A stretch of 64,000 bases of DNA from Octopus sinensis. Taxonomy: Eukaryota. The position numbers and the translations under genes were made by a program. Each line of letters starts with the position of its first letter. Position 1 is the stretch's first letter. Below, in pieces: positions 1 through 13,008 of this stretch. Location: assembly GCF_006345805.1 (NCBI RefSeq), contig NW_021831852.1, positions 1-64,000 of the forward strand. Reading direction: 5' to 3'. Below the pieces are notes generated by a model. The model did not search any database, was not told the origin of the DNA, and saw nothing but the letters and a program-made list of their open reading frames with translations.

Positions 1-92
1 GCATGTATGTATGTATGCATGTAGGTATGTATGTATGCATGTATGTATATATGTATGTATGTATATATGTATGTATGTATGCATGTATGTAT

Positions 93-646
93 GTCAGGTC
101 ACTTTCGAGTGCTACTGGTAACATGTAACCCAGTACAACCTGTTGCATTGTCGGGTCGTCGGCGACTAAACCGGCAACCCCACCAAGCTTGCTTGGTGAG
201 GAGGGTGTTTATTGGACATCCTGCCGGATGAAAAATAAAACCGTCAAAGACCGGAGGAACTCTTGAGTGTCAACGGCCATCCAATAACTGTCTTAAGGCT
301 GTATCATGCGCGGGGACATAGAAATAATCGGACTGAATATCCGATCGCGCGGTCAAACAATTGGGAGCGAAGGACTCCTAGCCTTTGTCAGGATATCATT
401 CTAGGAGAGGGTAACTCAGGTAACTGGGATAACTCCGACATAAAACCTGCGGCTCAGTGGTTACCGATGATGTTAACTTTTACTTCTTTTCGGATTATGG
501 CTGGTGTTGCTTAGTGACTGGGATTGACTCAGTGCACAGCCTTTTCTCGCTTTAAAAAAAACTTCATGCACAGGCATTGCAAGATAACAACATTGATTAA
601 GCTCAGTGCAATGGCCCTACTCGATAACGAGGGGGCAGCCACCAAG
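93..646 (+). mobile_element. ~555-bp non-coding element embedded in (TATG)n, probably a non-autonomous non-LTR (RTE-like) derivative
   Basis: Recurs at 15985-16539, 47070-47625, 48053-48606 and 61283-61828; several stable hairpins; a ctaggagaaggtaactc segment resembling RTE 5'UTRs; ends directly in a TATG-rich tandem tail. Confidence 0.45.
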
Positions 647-1066
647 TATGTATGGATGGATGGATGTAAGTATGTGTGTATATATGTATGTATGTATGTA
701 TGTATGTGTATATGTGTCTATCGATATATACATGATTACATTCATACATACATGCATGCATACGTGTATACATACATAAATGTACGTATACATATATGCA
801 TGCATGTATGTATGAAAGTATGTATGTATGTATGTATGTATGTATGTGTGCATGTATGTATCTATGTATGTATGTATGTGTGTGTGTATATATGTATGGG
901 TGGGTGGGAATTGGTAGGTTTTGATTTTGATATTCACATAAAACTTTTCTAATCAGATTAACGCTTGTTGTGAAGAATCCAATCCGAACAGCGGACTTCA
1001 TTAGCTTAAGTCTTGTGATTACTGTGTGGGTTGAACGAAATACTTCCCACTCTGAATATTAAAACA

Positions 1067-1381
1067 GTGTGTGAGTGTGTGTGTGTTTGTCAGTGTGTGC
1101 GTGTGTGTGTGTGTGTCAGAGTGTGTGTGAGTGTGTGTGTGTGTAAGTGTGTGTGTGTGTGAGTGTATGTCAGTATATGTGTGTGTGTGTGTGTGTTTGT
1201 CAGTGTGTGCTGGTGTGTGTCAGTGTGTGTGTGTGTGTGTGTGAGTGTGTGTGCGTGTGTGCAAGTGTGTGTGTGTGAGTGTGTGTCAGTATATGTGTGT
1301 GTGTGTGTTTGCCAGTGTGTGCGTGTGGGGTGTCAGTGTGTGTGGGTGTGTGTGTGTGTCTTTGTGTCTGTGTATTTGTTG
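1067..1381. repeat. Imperfect (TG)n/(GTCAGTGTGT) tract upstream of exon 1; homologues ~18383-18676, 31105-31740, ~48850-49453, ~62435-62993
   Basis: Direct reading; bracketed by 37-bp direct repeats in A, B, D and E. Confidence 0.9.
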
Positions 1382-1622
1382 GTTGAACGAAATACTTCCC
1401 ACAATGAATATTAAAACATTTTCCCAAGAATAACAAATAAAATTAAATAACAACATTAGTAAATAAAAATATTATAATATATACAGAAACAGGAATCATT
1501 TCACTTTACACGTGTCTCTCATTCATCAAAATATTTTGCTAATTATTGTGTGACAATATCAAACCATCTCTTTCCAATAATTAAACCTGTCAGACAAGTT
1601 CATACCCGCATTTACAGTTCCA

Positions 1623-1707
1623 CCAATCGCATTGGTTCATAAATTTACGATAAGATCTCTGCCAGAGCTGGGTTGTTGTGCGCTCAATAAATACGTGGAA
1701 TTCAGTT
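1623..1707 (+). promoter_or_regulatory. Candidate core promoter: inverted CCAAT pair (CCAATcgcATTGG, 1623-1635) and TCAGTT initiator-like motif (1702-1707)
   Basis: Motifs lie 85-170 nt upstream of the ATG and the region recurs in all five copies; recent duplication means this conservation is not independent evidence. Confidence 0.3.
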
Positions 1708-1791
1708 ACAGGTCTTCAGCTTCAACCTCGCATCTCGATCTTTTGTTGAAGCCACACGAAGTATCACGTACGACCGACAACTGTCACCAGA

Positions 1792-1935
1792 ATGGATTTC
1801 AAACAACTGTCCAGGAATATTTCGCAGCGTTATTCCATTTCTTCTCTCATAGCTTTTGGGGTTCTTCTCGTTCTGACGATCGTGATTCTTCATCAAGATT
1901 CAAGAATAGGAAAAATGGAAGAGAAATCGAAAACG
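1792..1935 (+). CDS. Copy A exon 1 (48 aa; basic N-terminus plus hydrophobic [16 protein letters not shown] segment)
   Basis: The only copy with an intact 144-nt exon 1; canonical GTAAGT donor shared by all five copies. Confidence 0.8.
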
Positions 1936-2780
1936 GTAAGTCATGGATTTTGTGTTAATATATGTATGTCTTTATGTATTTATATATGCATGTATGTATG
2001 TATGCATTTACGTATGTATGTATTAATATGTGGATGTATGTACGTACCGATGGATGGATGGATGTAAGGATGTATGCATGAATCACTTACATATGTTGCT
2101 ATGGAGCACACACACACACACATAAGATCACACACGTAATCACACACGAACACACAGGCGTACACACCTAAACATACATATATATATACATATACATATA
2201 TTTGTATATATAATATACATGTATATGTATATATAATATACATATTTATGAATATATTAGTGCGTGAACATATATAGATATATGTATACAAACAAATATA
2301 TGCGTGTGTGTATCTATCACTGTATCTCTCTGTCTATCTCTCTCTCTCTATTTATCTATGTATATATATGTATGTGTGTGAGTGTGTGTGTGTGTTTGTC
2401 TGTATATAAATATATTCTTTTAACCGTTTCAGTCATTTGACTGCGGCCATGCTAGAACACTGCGTTTAGTAGGACAAATCGACTTCAGGAATTATTCTTT
2501 GTAAGCCTTTTGCTCATTATATCGTTATCTCTAGCCGAACCGCTATGTAACGGGGACGTAAATACACCGACATCAGTTGAGAATCGATAGTGGTGCGACA
2601 ATAACAGACACATGCATAAAACATAGATACATACACACTATGTGTGCTATACACACACAAACACACACACATAGATCTATATATATATATATATATATAT
2701 ACATATCACATATACATACACACATATATAGTTACGTAGGTATGTACATACATATCTATCTATCAATCTATTTATCTACA

Positions 2781-2835
<55 letters not shown>

Positions 2836-2845
2836 TATCTATCTA

Positions 2846-2916
<71 letters not shown>

Positions 2917-2955
2917 TGAAATATATCTATATATATATCTATATCTATATATATA

Positions 2956-2986
<31 letters not shown>

Positions 2987-5367
2987 ACATACATATACAC
3001 ACACCCCAAGGAAACACAAAGAAGGGTGGAATTGTACTCCTGTCCGATCGCTCTTTCACCAGACATAATCCTGGAGAGGGAAATAAGTGCGTAATGAAAA
3101 AAATCTAATGGTGGTGTTCTAGCATGGCCATGCCCTGTCGCTGCAACGTTTAGCCCTATTAATATTAGTGTTAAGTATTATATCTAGATGTACACTTCCG
3201 CACACGCACAGAAACAAACATATACAAACACACACACACGCACACATAGGAATACGTACATATTTACACACATTTATCTATTTCTCTCCATCAGGAACGG
3301 AAGTGAGGCGAGTTTTTTTTAATCTTTTCTTTCCAACTGAAAATAAAACGTGCGAGTGCCAATGTAGATCGGTGAATTTCGTAATGTTTGACTGTAATTC
3401 ACGTTGGTTTTTATATATGACAATATGTAAGAACGAATGTAAATACATACACACAGACACACGGACAAACACACTCACAAATAAACACAAACACACACAC
3501 ATACGCACGCACACAGACACACGTGCTCAATTGTACACGAACAATCACACTATACAGTGTATGTCCACTCACATATATGTGTGCGTTTGTGTGTGTGTAT
3601 GCGTATAAGTAGATACGTCTATTTGTGATATTTATGGTGTGTATGCCCAAGTATACGTGTATAGCTATATATTGATATGTATTTATATATAAATATATAT
3701 ATATATATACATATATATGGGCGTAATGTGCGTACGTTTGCTTGTGTGCTTGTGTGCGCTTAAGTACGTGTATGTGCGTGTGTGTCTGTGCCCATATGTA
3801 TATAGTGTGTGCGTATCTGTATGAGTATTGTGGGCGTCTGTGCTGGTGTGTGTGTATGTACGTGTGTATGTGTGTGTATGTGTGTGTGCGTATGATACAT
3901 ATATCTCCGTGATCACCGTTACAGATATGTTGCTACATATCGCTGGTCACAATGCGCTTCGCATTGATTTAGCCTTCAAACGACGCCACCCCGCTGGCTA
4001 AGCGAGCAGGCCAACAGAAGAAAGGGAGAAATTTGTAGCGAAAGAGTACAGCAGAGATCACAACAACCCACTCCCTGAGCCTCGTGGAGCTTTAAACACA
4101 CACAACGCCCAGTCTGGGAATCGAAACCGCGATCCTACAAGCGTTGGTCCGCAGCCCTAACCACGGGGCCACTGCGCCTCCACGCAGACATTTATATAGC
4201 ACACAAACACCGCACGCACATAACACCCACACAACTCCTAAAACCCACACATACGCACGCATGTACAAATAGACATACACACCGATACATATACATACAC
4301 ACAATATATGCCTATACACACATACACATATACATACGTATACACATATAGATACAGACACACACCCACGCACGCAAAACATGCGCACGCATATGCACAC
4401 ACGCCCACGAATGCACACACCGAAAACTCACAATCCCACGGATACACGTATATACACCCATATACGCTTACACACACACATACAAACGCACATGTACACG
4501 CACACACAACTACACGCACATACGAGATAAACGCACATACACACACACACACACAAATGAACCCACACATACGTCCCATACACACGGCACACAATTATAC
4601 ATACACGCACACAATTATACATACATGTATACACACAGACGCAAAGTTATTCGCCACACACCCAAACTCTACACACACACACACATGTATCATCATTGCA
4701 CACATACACACATACAAACACACGCACACATACACTATGTAAAGCACAGTTATTCGCCACACACCCTAACTCTACGCCTACACACACGAACACACACACA
4801 TGCACACACACACGATACATATACATACACGCACACACACACATACTTGAAACTAGCGGTACCTACTATTTGACCTGTGGTAGAGACAAAAAGAGCCTTC
4901 TTCCTTGACCTTAACACTACTAGCCCAACAACATGCAAAGTTTAAAAGCCACAACCACACACACTTATACACACACATGCACACACAAACTTGCCATTAT
5001 TGTATACATACACACATACACACACACGAACACGCAGACCTCCGCGCACGCTCTTATCCACACTTACACACACATTCATCCTCCTCTACCTCCCTCCTGT
5101 CTTTGAAAGGACTTTTCTTCATCCATTTCCTTCCGGTCATTCAAAATGTGACCGCGGGTGTACTGTTGGCGATTTTTTCCACTCTGTCTTCTCTCCTCTG
5201 GATCTTTCCTTCTCGTATGTTTCCGACGAAGAGTCTCACCCGAAACGTTAAACCCTCCTTCTTTCCTTCTTTCCTGAGCGTCCAATAATACTATATTTGT
5301 TCCACGTCCTCGCATTGTTGTTTTTTGTGCTTTCTTGTTTGGATTAATTTATCTATATTTATACATG

Positions 5368-5428
<61 letters not shown>

Positions 5429-6024
5429 TATATATACATACATATACACACACCCCAAGGAAACACAAAGAAGGGTGGAATTGTACTCCTGTCCGATCGC
5501 TCTTTCACCAGACATAATCCTGGAGAGGGAAATAAGTGCGTAATGAAAAAAATCTAATGGTGGTGTTCTAGCATGGCCATGCCCTGTCGCTGCAACGTTT
5601 AGCCCTATTAATATTAGTGTTAAGTATTATATCTAGATGTACACTTCCGCACACGCACAGAAACAAACATATACAAACACACACACACGCACACATAGGA
5701 ATACGTACATATTTACACACATTTATCTATTTCTCTCCATCAGGAACGGAAGTGAGGCGAGTTTTTTTTAATCTTTTCTTTCCAACTGAAAATAAAACGT
5801 GCGAGTGCCAATGTAGATCGGTGAATTTCGTAATGTTTGACTGTAATTCACGTTGGTTTTTATATATGACAATATGTAAGAACGAATGTAAATACATACA
5901 CACAGACACACGGACAAACACACTCACAAATAAACACAAACACACACACACACACACGCACACACACACACACATGTATCATCATTGCACACATACACAC
6001 ATACACACACACATATATATATAT

Positions 6025-6059
<35 letters not shown>

Positions 6060-7840
6060 TTGTGTGTGTGTATGCGTATAAGTAGATACGTCTATTTGTG
6101 ATATTTATGGTGTGTATGCCCAAGTATACGTGTATAGCTATATATTGATATGTATTATATATAAATATATATATATATATACATATATATGGGCGTAATG
6201 TGCGTACGTTTGCTTGTGTGCTTGTGTGCGCTTAAGTACGTGTATGTGCGTGTGTGTCTGTGCCCATATGTATATAGTGTGTGCGTATCTGTATGAGTAT
6301 TGTGGGCGTCTGTGCTGGTGTGTGTGTATGTACGTGTGTATGTGTGTGTATGTGTGTGTGCGTATGATACATATATCTCCGTGATCACCGTTACAGATAT
6401 GTTGCTACATATCGCTGGTCACAATGCGCTTCGCATTGATTTAGCCTTCAAACGACGCCACCCCGCTGGCTAAGCGAGCAGGCCAACAGAAGAAAGGGAG
6501 AAATTTGTAGCGAAAGAGTACAGCAGAGATCACAACAACCCACTCCCTGAGCCTCGTGGAGCTTTAAACACACACAACGCCCAGTCTGGGAATCGAAACC
6601 GCGATCCTACAAGCGTTGGTCCGCAGCCCTAACCACGGGGCCACTGCGCCTCCACGCAGACATTTATATAGCACACAAACACCGCACGCACATAACACCC
6701 ACACAACTCCTAAAACCCACACATACGCACGCATGTACAAATAGACATACACACCGATACATATACATACACACAATATATGCCTATACACACATACACA
6801 TATACATACGTATACACATATAGATACAGACACACACCCACGCACGCAAAACATGCGCACGCATATGCACACACGCCCACGAATGCACACACCGAAAACT
6901 CACAATCCCACGGATACACGTATATACACCCATATACGCTTACACACACACATACAAACGCACATGTACACGCACACACAACTACACGCACATACGAGAT
7001 AAACGCACATACACACACACACACACACAAATGAACCCACACATACGTCCCATACACACGGCACACAATTATACATACACGCACACAATTATACATACAT
7101 GTATACACACAGACGCAAAGTTATTCGCCACACACCCAAACTCTACACACACACACACATGTATCATCATTGCACACATACACACATACAAACACACGCA
7201 CACATACACTATGTAAAGCACAGTTATTCGCCACACACCCTAACTCTACGCCTACACACACGAACACACACACATGCACACACACACGATACATATACAT
7301 ACACACACACACACATACTTGAAACTAGCGGTACCTACTATTTGACCTGTGGTAGAGACAAAAAGAGCCTTCTTCCTTGACCTTAACACTACTAGCCCAA
7401 CAACATGCAAAGTTTAAAAGCCACAACCACACACACTTATACACACACATGCACACACAAACTTGCCATTATTGTATACATACACACATACACACACACG
7501 AACACGCAGACCTCCGCGCACGCTCTTATCCACACTTACACACACATTCATCCTCCTCTACCTCCCTCCTGTCTTTGAAAGGACTTTTCTTCATCCATTT
7601 CCTTCCGGTCATTCAAAATGTGACCGCGGGTGTACTGTTGGCGATTTTTTCCACTCTGTCTTCTCTCCTCTGGATCTTTCCTTCTCGTATGTTTCCGACG
7701 AAGAGTCTCACCCGAAACGTTAAACCCTCCTTCTTTCCTTCTTTCCTGAGCGTCCAATAATACTATATTTGTTCCACGTCCTCGCATTGTTGTTTTTTGT
7801 GCTTTCTTGTTTGGATTAAATTTATCTATATTTATACATG

Positions 7841-7920
<80 letters not shown>

Positions 7921-10900
7921 AGAAATATGTGTGTGTGTGTGTTTGTGTGTGTGTACAAGCAGACATACCTGACATTGCTGGGGATTAAAATGGCAAAGTT
8001 GGTATATAATATATTCCAGTCATTTTGAAACAGGTGATATGGGAAAGTGCAACATTGACAACAAAACATTTGTAGAGTAAATGCTGGGCTAATTCGACTA
8101 AGCAACATGCTATGCGTCCGTTTGGAGTGTTTCAGGCCCTAACTTGTCATGCAAAATTCGAGGTGGGGTTTGTGTGATTTTTTAACGCACCGTAAAGCTG
8201 TCAGTGTGCGCTGTGTCTAACACGACCCATCATCGGAAATTTTGACACCTCACGTCGAGTTTGTAGTCCTACATCACTCATAGAGAAAATTTGGACGAAC
8301 TGTGGTTGTTCATTCGCGGGTACAAGGGAACCGATGAGGAGATAGACTTGCCATTGAACTTCGACGTCGGCGTAAATTCATGTTTATCTATCTTAGATTC
8401 ACCAAACGATGTCATTTGAAATGCATATTTGTATTGTCTGATATTGTTCAGAAAATCCTTCGACTGGAGTGAAGCGCCTTCTAGAAGATTCCTAAAGGGT
8501 TGAGATGGTAGTGTTGACAATGATTCCTGTCCGTATATGTTGTCATCTATTGCATTGTTTTAAGTTCTAAACGATAATAAATACCCTGAAGTTCTATTTA
8601 TATGATCCTATTTCTATTTTTTCACAGAACCGTTTCATCTCCAAGAAATCTCTCGACGATAACCTGATGACACACCAAGTAAGAACTAATTTTATAGCTA
8701 AAGTCTTTTACCCGTGTCTCCTTAACCAATGATTTATAATTTCACCAACTTTGAATTAGTTCCACATTACTATCCACATGTCCACAATAATATATACTAA
8801 GACACTTGCCTGAATTTATTTTAAAATATGTTCTACTTTACAATAATTTCCTAAATGAAATGTTATTCATTATACTATGGCATTTATTGTGTATATAAGA
8901 GTATATCTGCAGTGCTACGTCGAGAATTGTTTCTGCCCACACGGTGCCCCCGAGGGTGCTCTTCACCGAGTGTCCGAGGCGGCCGGTACGTTCACTGTGA
9001 AAAAACTGGAGTGCTCAGAGCGATCCCACCGGCTTGCATAAGAAAAGCATGGTGTGCCCTCTTCATCTGAGAATCAAATGCCCGAGCTGGCGCTTCACTG
9101 CGTTTATATCTACAATTCAGCATTCTGTCCACTCTTGTGCTTCTAATCATTCGTGAATAGAGACCCGTAATAATGATGTTCCACTTTCCTACACATTGCA
9201 TATTTGTCAATCCTACCTTGCGTTACACGGCAGCTAACCCATTCAATGCAGGTTGTTGGTGACCATCAGACAAATTAGGTAGCAGCATGTCGTCCACAAA
9301 TAACAGTCGACCGATCACGTAGAGATGAATTGGGATACCTCTACCACAATGGCTGCGCATATTCAACCAGATCACAAAAAAAGAATGTGAGAAGGGGCAC
9401 TAACAATGCACACTTCAACTAAGTGAAACCTTCACGTTGAAATTTTTCGACAGTTACATAAATACAATCATTTGATTATCCATATAATTATTTTATGGCG
9501 ACAAATTTTCGCCCAGTAAACTCACCTTCCTGGTAAACCATCCGCAACATGCTCCAGGGCACGTGATCGTGTGCCTTTTCATGGTTTACAGCGTATTCCT
9601 ACAGGAAATGCTTCACTGTTTGCTGGAAGATCTGTCTTTGAACGACTATCTGGTCGGATGTACTGCGTCCCGGACACGATAATTTCCCTACGTATCTTTT
9701 CCTGATATCTAGTGTAGACTTTTCTATAATTAGAACACACTTTTTGGTCTCCGTTTGAAAAAATTATGATTGTCTCCCCATATTTCCATTGCCTTGGTGT
9801 TTTTTTCCAGAGGTCCCATCCACCTAGCATGCATGGGTCACTCAGAGAATACCATCTGTATTTAAGTTTTCTAAACTATCAAGCCGACCCTGCTTTTCAC
9901 CAGCAGTTTTATCACTTTTAAGTGAATTGAGCTCAAATAAGCGTTCAACCGAAAAGAACCTGCCGAAAATATATACAATCACGAATCCATTTCGATGTCC
10001 AAGTTCATTCAGGAGAGTCACTCTAAATTTGGATGCAAAAGTCTCCACATTTTTTGTTTTGATCCCAGCATCCACTGCGGCTTCCAACTGTATTCTGTAG
10101 GTCGCACTAGACTTACCAATTTCCAGTGTTCGGCAGACTGTAGGGATTTTCAGGCTTTCAGACATTTAAGTAGTGACGAGTTGACAAATTCACCCCTCCT
10201 TTTACCCGAACGTTCAGCAAAGAGTGAAAGATGACCGAACTCTATCAGAAACCTCTGTCACCAAGTATTTCTATACCAGGCACCCTTATAAATATCCCTG
10301 TCTTAAAATAATATCTATACCATAGAGAGGAGAGTGTGTATCCGGCACAGAAGCCTGCTATGACCTCTCCACTAAGTTCACTGACGACATTCCTTCCAAT
10401 CTATCCTTTTCACGGTTATCAGTGCCAAGGTGTGGACTGAAGTCTCCTTGCAGGACAAATGACTTTACCCCAAATATATCTAAAGCTGAGGTGAATTTAC
10501 TTAGGGAGGATTTGTATTTGACCTCGCTGTTTGCTGCATATACTTACAGTACGATAAGGGCTCCAAGGAATAGCCGTACCCCGTCATCCATCGAGAGGGA
10601 TCAAAGCAGTTGCCTCCGGATCATGAGGGGACGTGCCCATTCGGGAAATATATTGCAGTCTCCACCAAACTTAATCTGTGATGCATTGGAAGGGAATACA
10701 AAATATGCGTGTTCCAGGACCCCGAAGCAGTTCCAGAAGGGATCAACAGTTCATAATTAAGAAATAAGATTGTCAAACCCGGACGGTACAAAACGCTGCC
10801 TGTTATATATAATCGGTGTCTCCTCAAGAAAGCTTCGTTACTTCGGAGGCGTACACTTGGAAGTAGGTTGGAAACTCCACCGTGCAGGTGTGGTGCCAAC

Positions 10901-12964
10901 TATGTCAGCACAGGCGGAAGTGGGATGCAGCTTTGGATATATTTGGGGTAAAGTCATTTGTCTTACAAGGAGACTTCCGTGCACACTTTGGCGCTGATAA
11001 CCGCAAGAAGTATAGATTGTGTGGAATGACGTCACACACCTTAATGGGGTGGCCATACTAGTCTTCTGGCAGGAAACGAACTCTCTTCGCCCAAACACCA
11101 AGCTGATATTTGTAATTGACCAATCAGGTGCCAAGAATTGATAATATAGCCAACATATCTATAAAAGGAGAACTTTATCATTTTTATGGTCACAAATATA
11201 TATATGTACTCACATCCAAGTTCAACTACAAAACAAACATCTGTTCTTAAGGAGACAAATAAACATTCTGATATTCTGAGATTAATCTCTCAATTCGTTG
11301 ACATCAACATCAACAACAGGCTCAATAGACAAATGACTAATTTTCTTCGTTTAAAATTTATTCTTAGCAAATCATTTACTTCTTTCATTCTGATTTTCAT
11401 TCATTCACTCATTCTTTTTCTCTTAAATTCTAAATTTCTCTCCCCTCTATCAATTCCTTCTAAGCCAACAACTTCCTTTGTATAGGATTCAAGAATTCTT
11501 TCTTTTATACTTAATTGTTTCATTTTAAATTTCACAGAACCTGGTCCCGGATCATTGTATACCCGGTGGGGCAGAACAACTTGTCCTCCTTATTCAAACC
11601 TTGTATATGACGGTTAGTATAAACTATACTTCTGTTCACTCTTTCTCTCTTTATCTTTCTCTTCTTCTCTTTTTATTCCTCTCATTTTCTCTTTCTGCCG
11701 CCCCCTCTCTTTCCGTTTCTCACACGGACACGCAAGCAAATCATGTGATATATCACGTTTTAAACGATACCTATAGACCCTATATAGACTGCGCAAGACT
11801 GCTTACTCCTTTGTATATATTTTGTAAAATCAGAATTTTAAATGTTGTCTACTACGGACCAGGTGAAAAGGATGTTGTCTAACTACAGAATATAGATATC
11901 TCTACGTTAAATTATAGATAGGGACTAGACTGGAATCCAGTTTAGCGATCAAGGACTCCTGGCTGACTTGTATGGAGTGTAGATATCAAATACCGAGGCA
12001 GCTAATTGGTGATCAAGTGTACTGGCTACGGATGGTGGTATTGTACGTGAGTGACCAGAGCTGAAAAGTGGCCACTTGACTATCATTAGCTAGAGTGTCT
12101 ATTGATTGTCGTTATAGACTACATTGAACAAGGCCTCTTAGAATTGATGAATGAATGTATATGGTTAATGAAATGAACGGAGAATGTACAATGTGGACTG
12201 GACAAACCACACACTGTAACTAATGGACAAAGCTAACTAAGGGCTGTATGTATTATGCAAAATATTGAGGGACCAAGTACCACTGTGTGAACCCAAGTTA
12301 GTACATATTGCACTTCTATTCTTCTCCGCCTTACCGAAATCGTCCTATCCCTCAAACCTTTCTGTTTTCATGCGCCACCTCCCCTCATTAATTGTCCAGT
12401 ATATCTTTGTAAAGTAACGCGGACACTTCCAATCCAAAGCTTCCCACATCTTCTCCAACCAACCTCGCATCCTTTGTGAATCTGCTCCCTATAAGCCCTA
12501 CACATATCCTTTATCGGTTGCCGACATCACTGTCCATTCATCTTAAGCACTACGCCATCAATGAGCTTCAAAATTTACCCCACTTCAGTTCATGCTTTGC
12601 ATGAAATAAAATCTGTGTGATCATAATATTATAGTATGTGGTAGTTCCGTCTCGTGGAAAGCCTGACTTGTCCGAGACAAACCGATGGATATAGCCAGCC
12701 ACGCCCGTATGGTCGGCTAAACAGTATTTCATCCCCTCTTACCCACCAGTTCTCTGCATCTCGCCGTCTCTCGTATTGTTCTACTCAAACCACATGCAAT
12801 TCCCATCACCAACAATTTTCCCGTTCAAACGTGAAAGACATCTTTTCCATTTCGGGAAATCACGACCACATGCGTTACAAAATCCCTTTCCTTTCTCCGT
12901 TTATTGACATCCACACACAAACATCTACTCCAAGCAAAACACATCACAACAACAAATACTTACC

Positions 12965-13008
<44 letters not shown>

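Noticed and set aside
150-176. HDV-like ribozyme suggested by GG-G-TCG(tcgg)CGA-C-TAA
   Set aside because: A P4/J4-2-like piece is present, but no matching P1, P2 or P3/L3 pairing could be built
1632-1958. 108-aa ORF overlapping exon 1 in another frame
   Set aside because: Starts at TTG, is interrupted by TAA in the other copies, and does not splice in frame to the downstream exons
2446-3131. 16-bp inverted match ggccatgctagaacac / gtgttctagcatggcc as MITE termini
   Set aside because: Both are the same conserved motif of two oppositely oriented SINE fragments; the match is imperfect in other copies and there is no target-site duplication
10545-10765. Possible L1/Tx1 RT fragment on the minus strand (…TALIPLD…)
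   Set aside because: Similarity too weak to call without a translated search
11249-11340. Possible extra stalk exon ([21 protein letters not shown]) shared between A and B/C
   Set aside because: No consistent acceptor phase or GT donor across copies; A-versus-B differences are mostly non-synonymous (7 of 9 by eye); the gene is in frame without it
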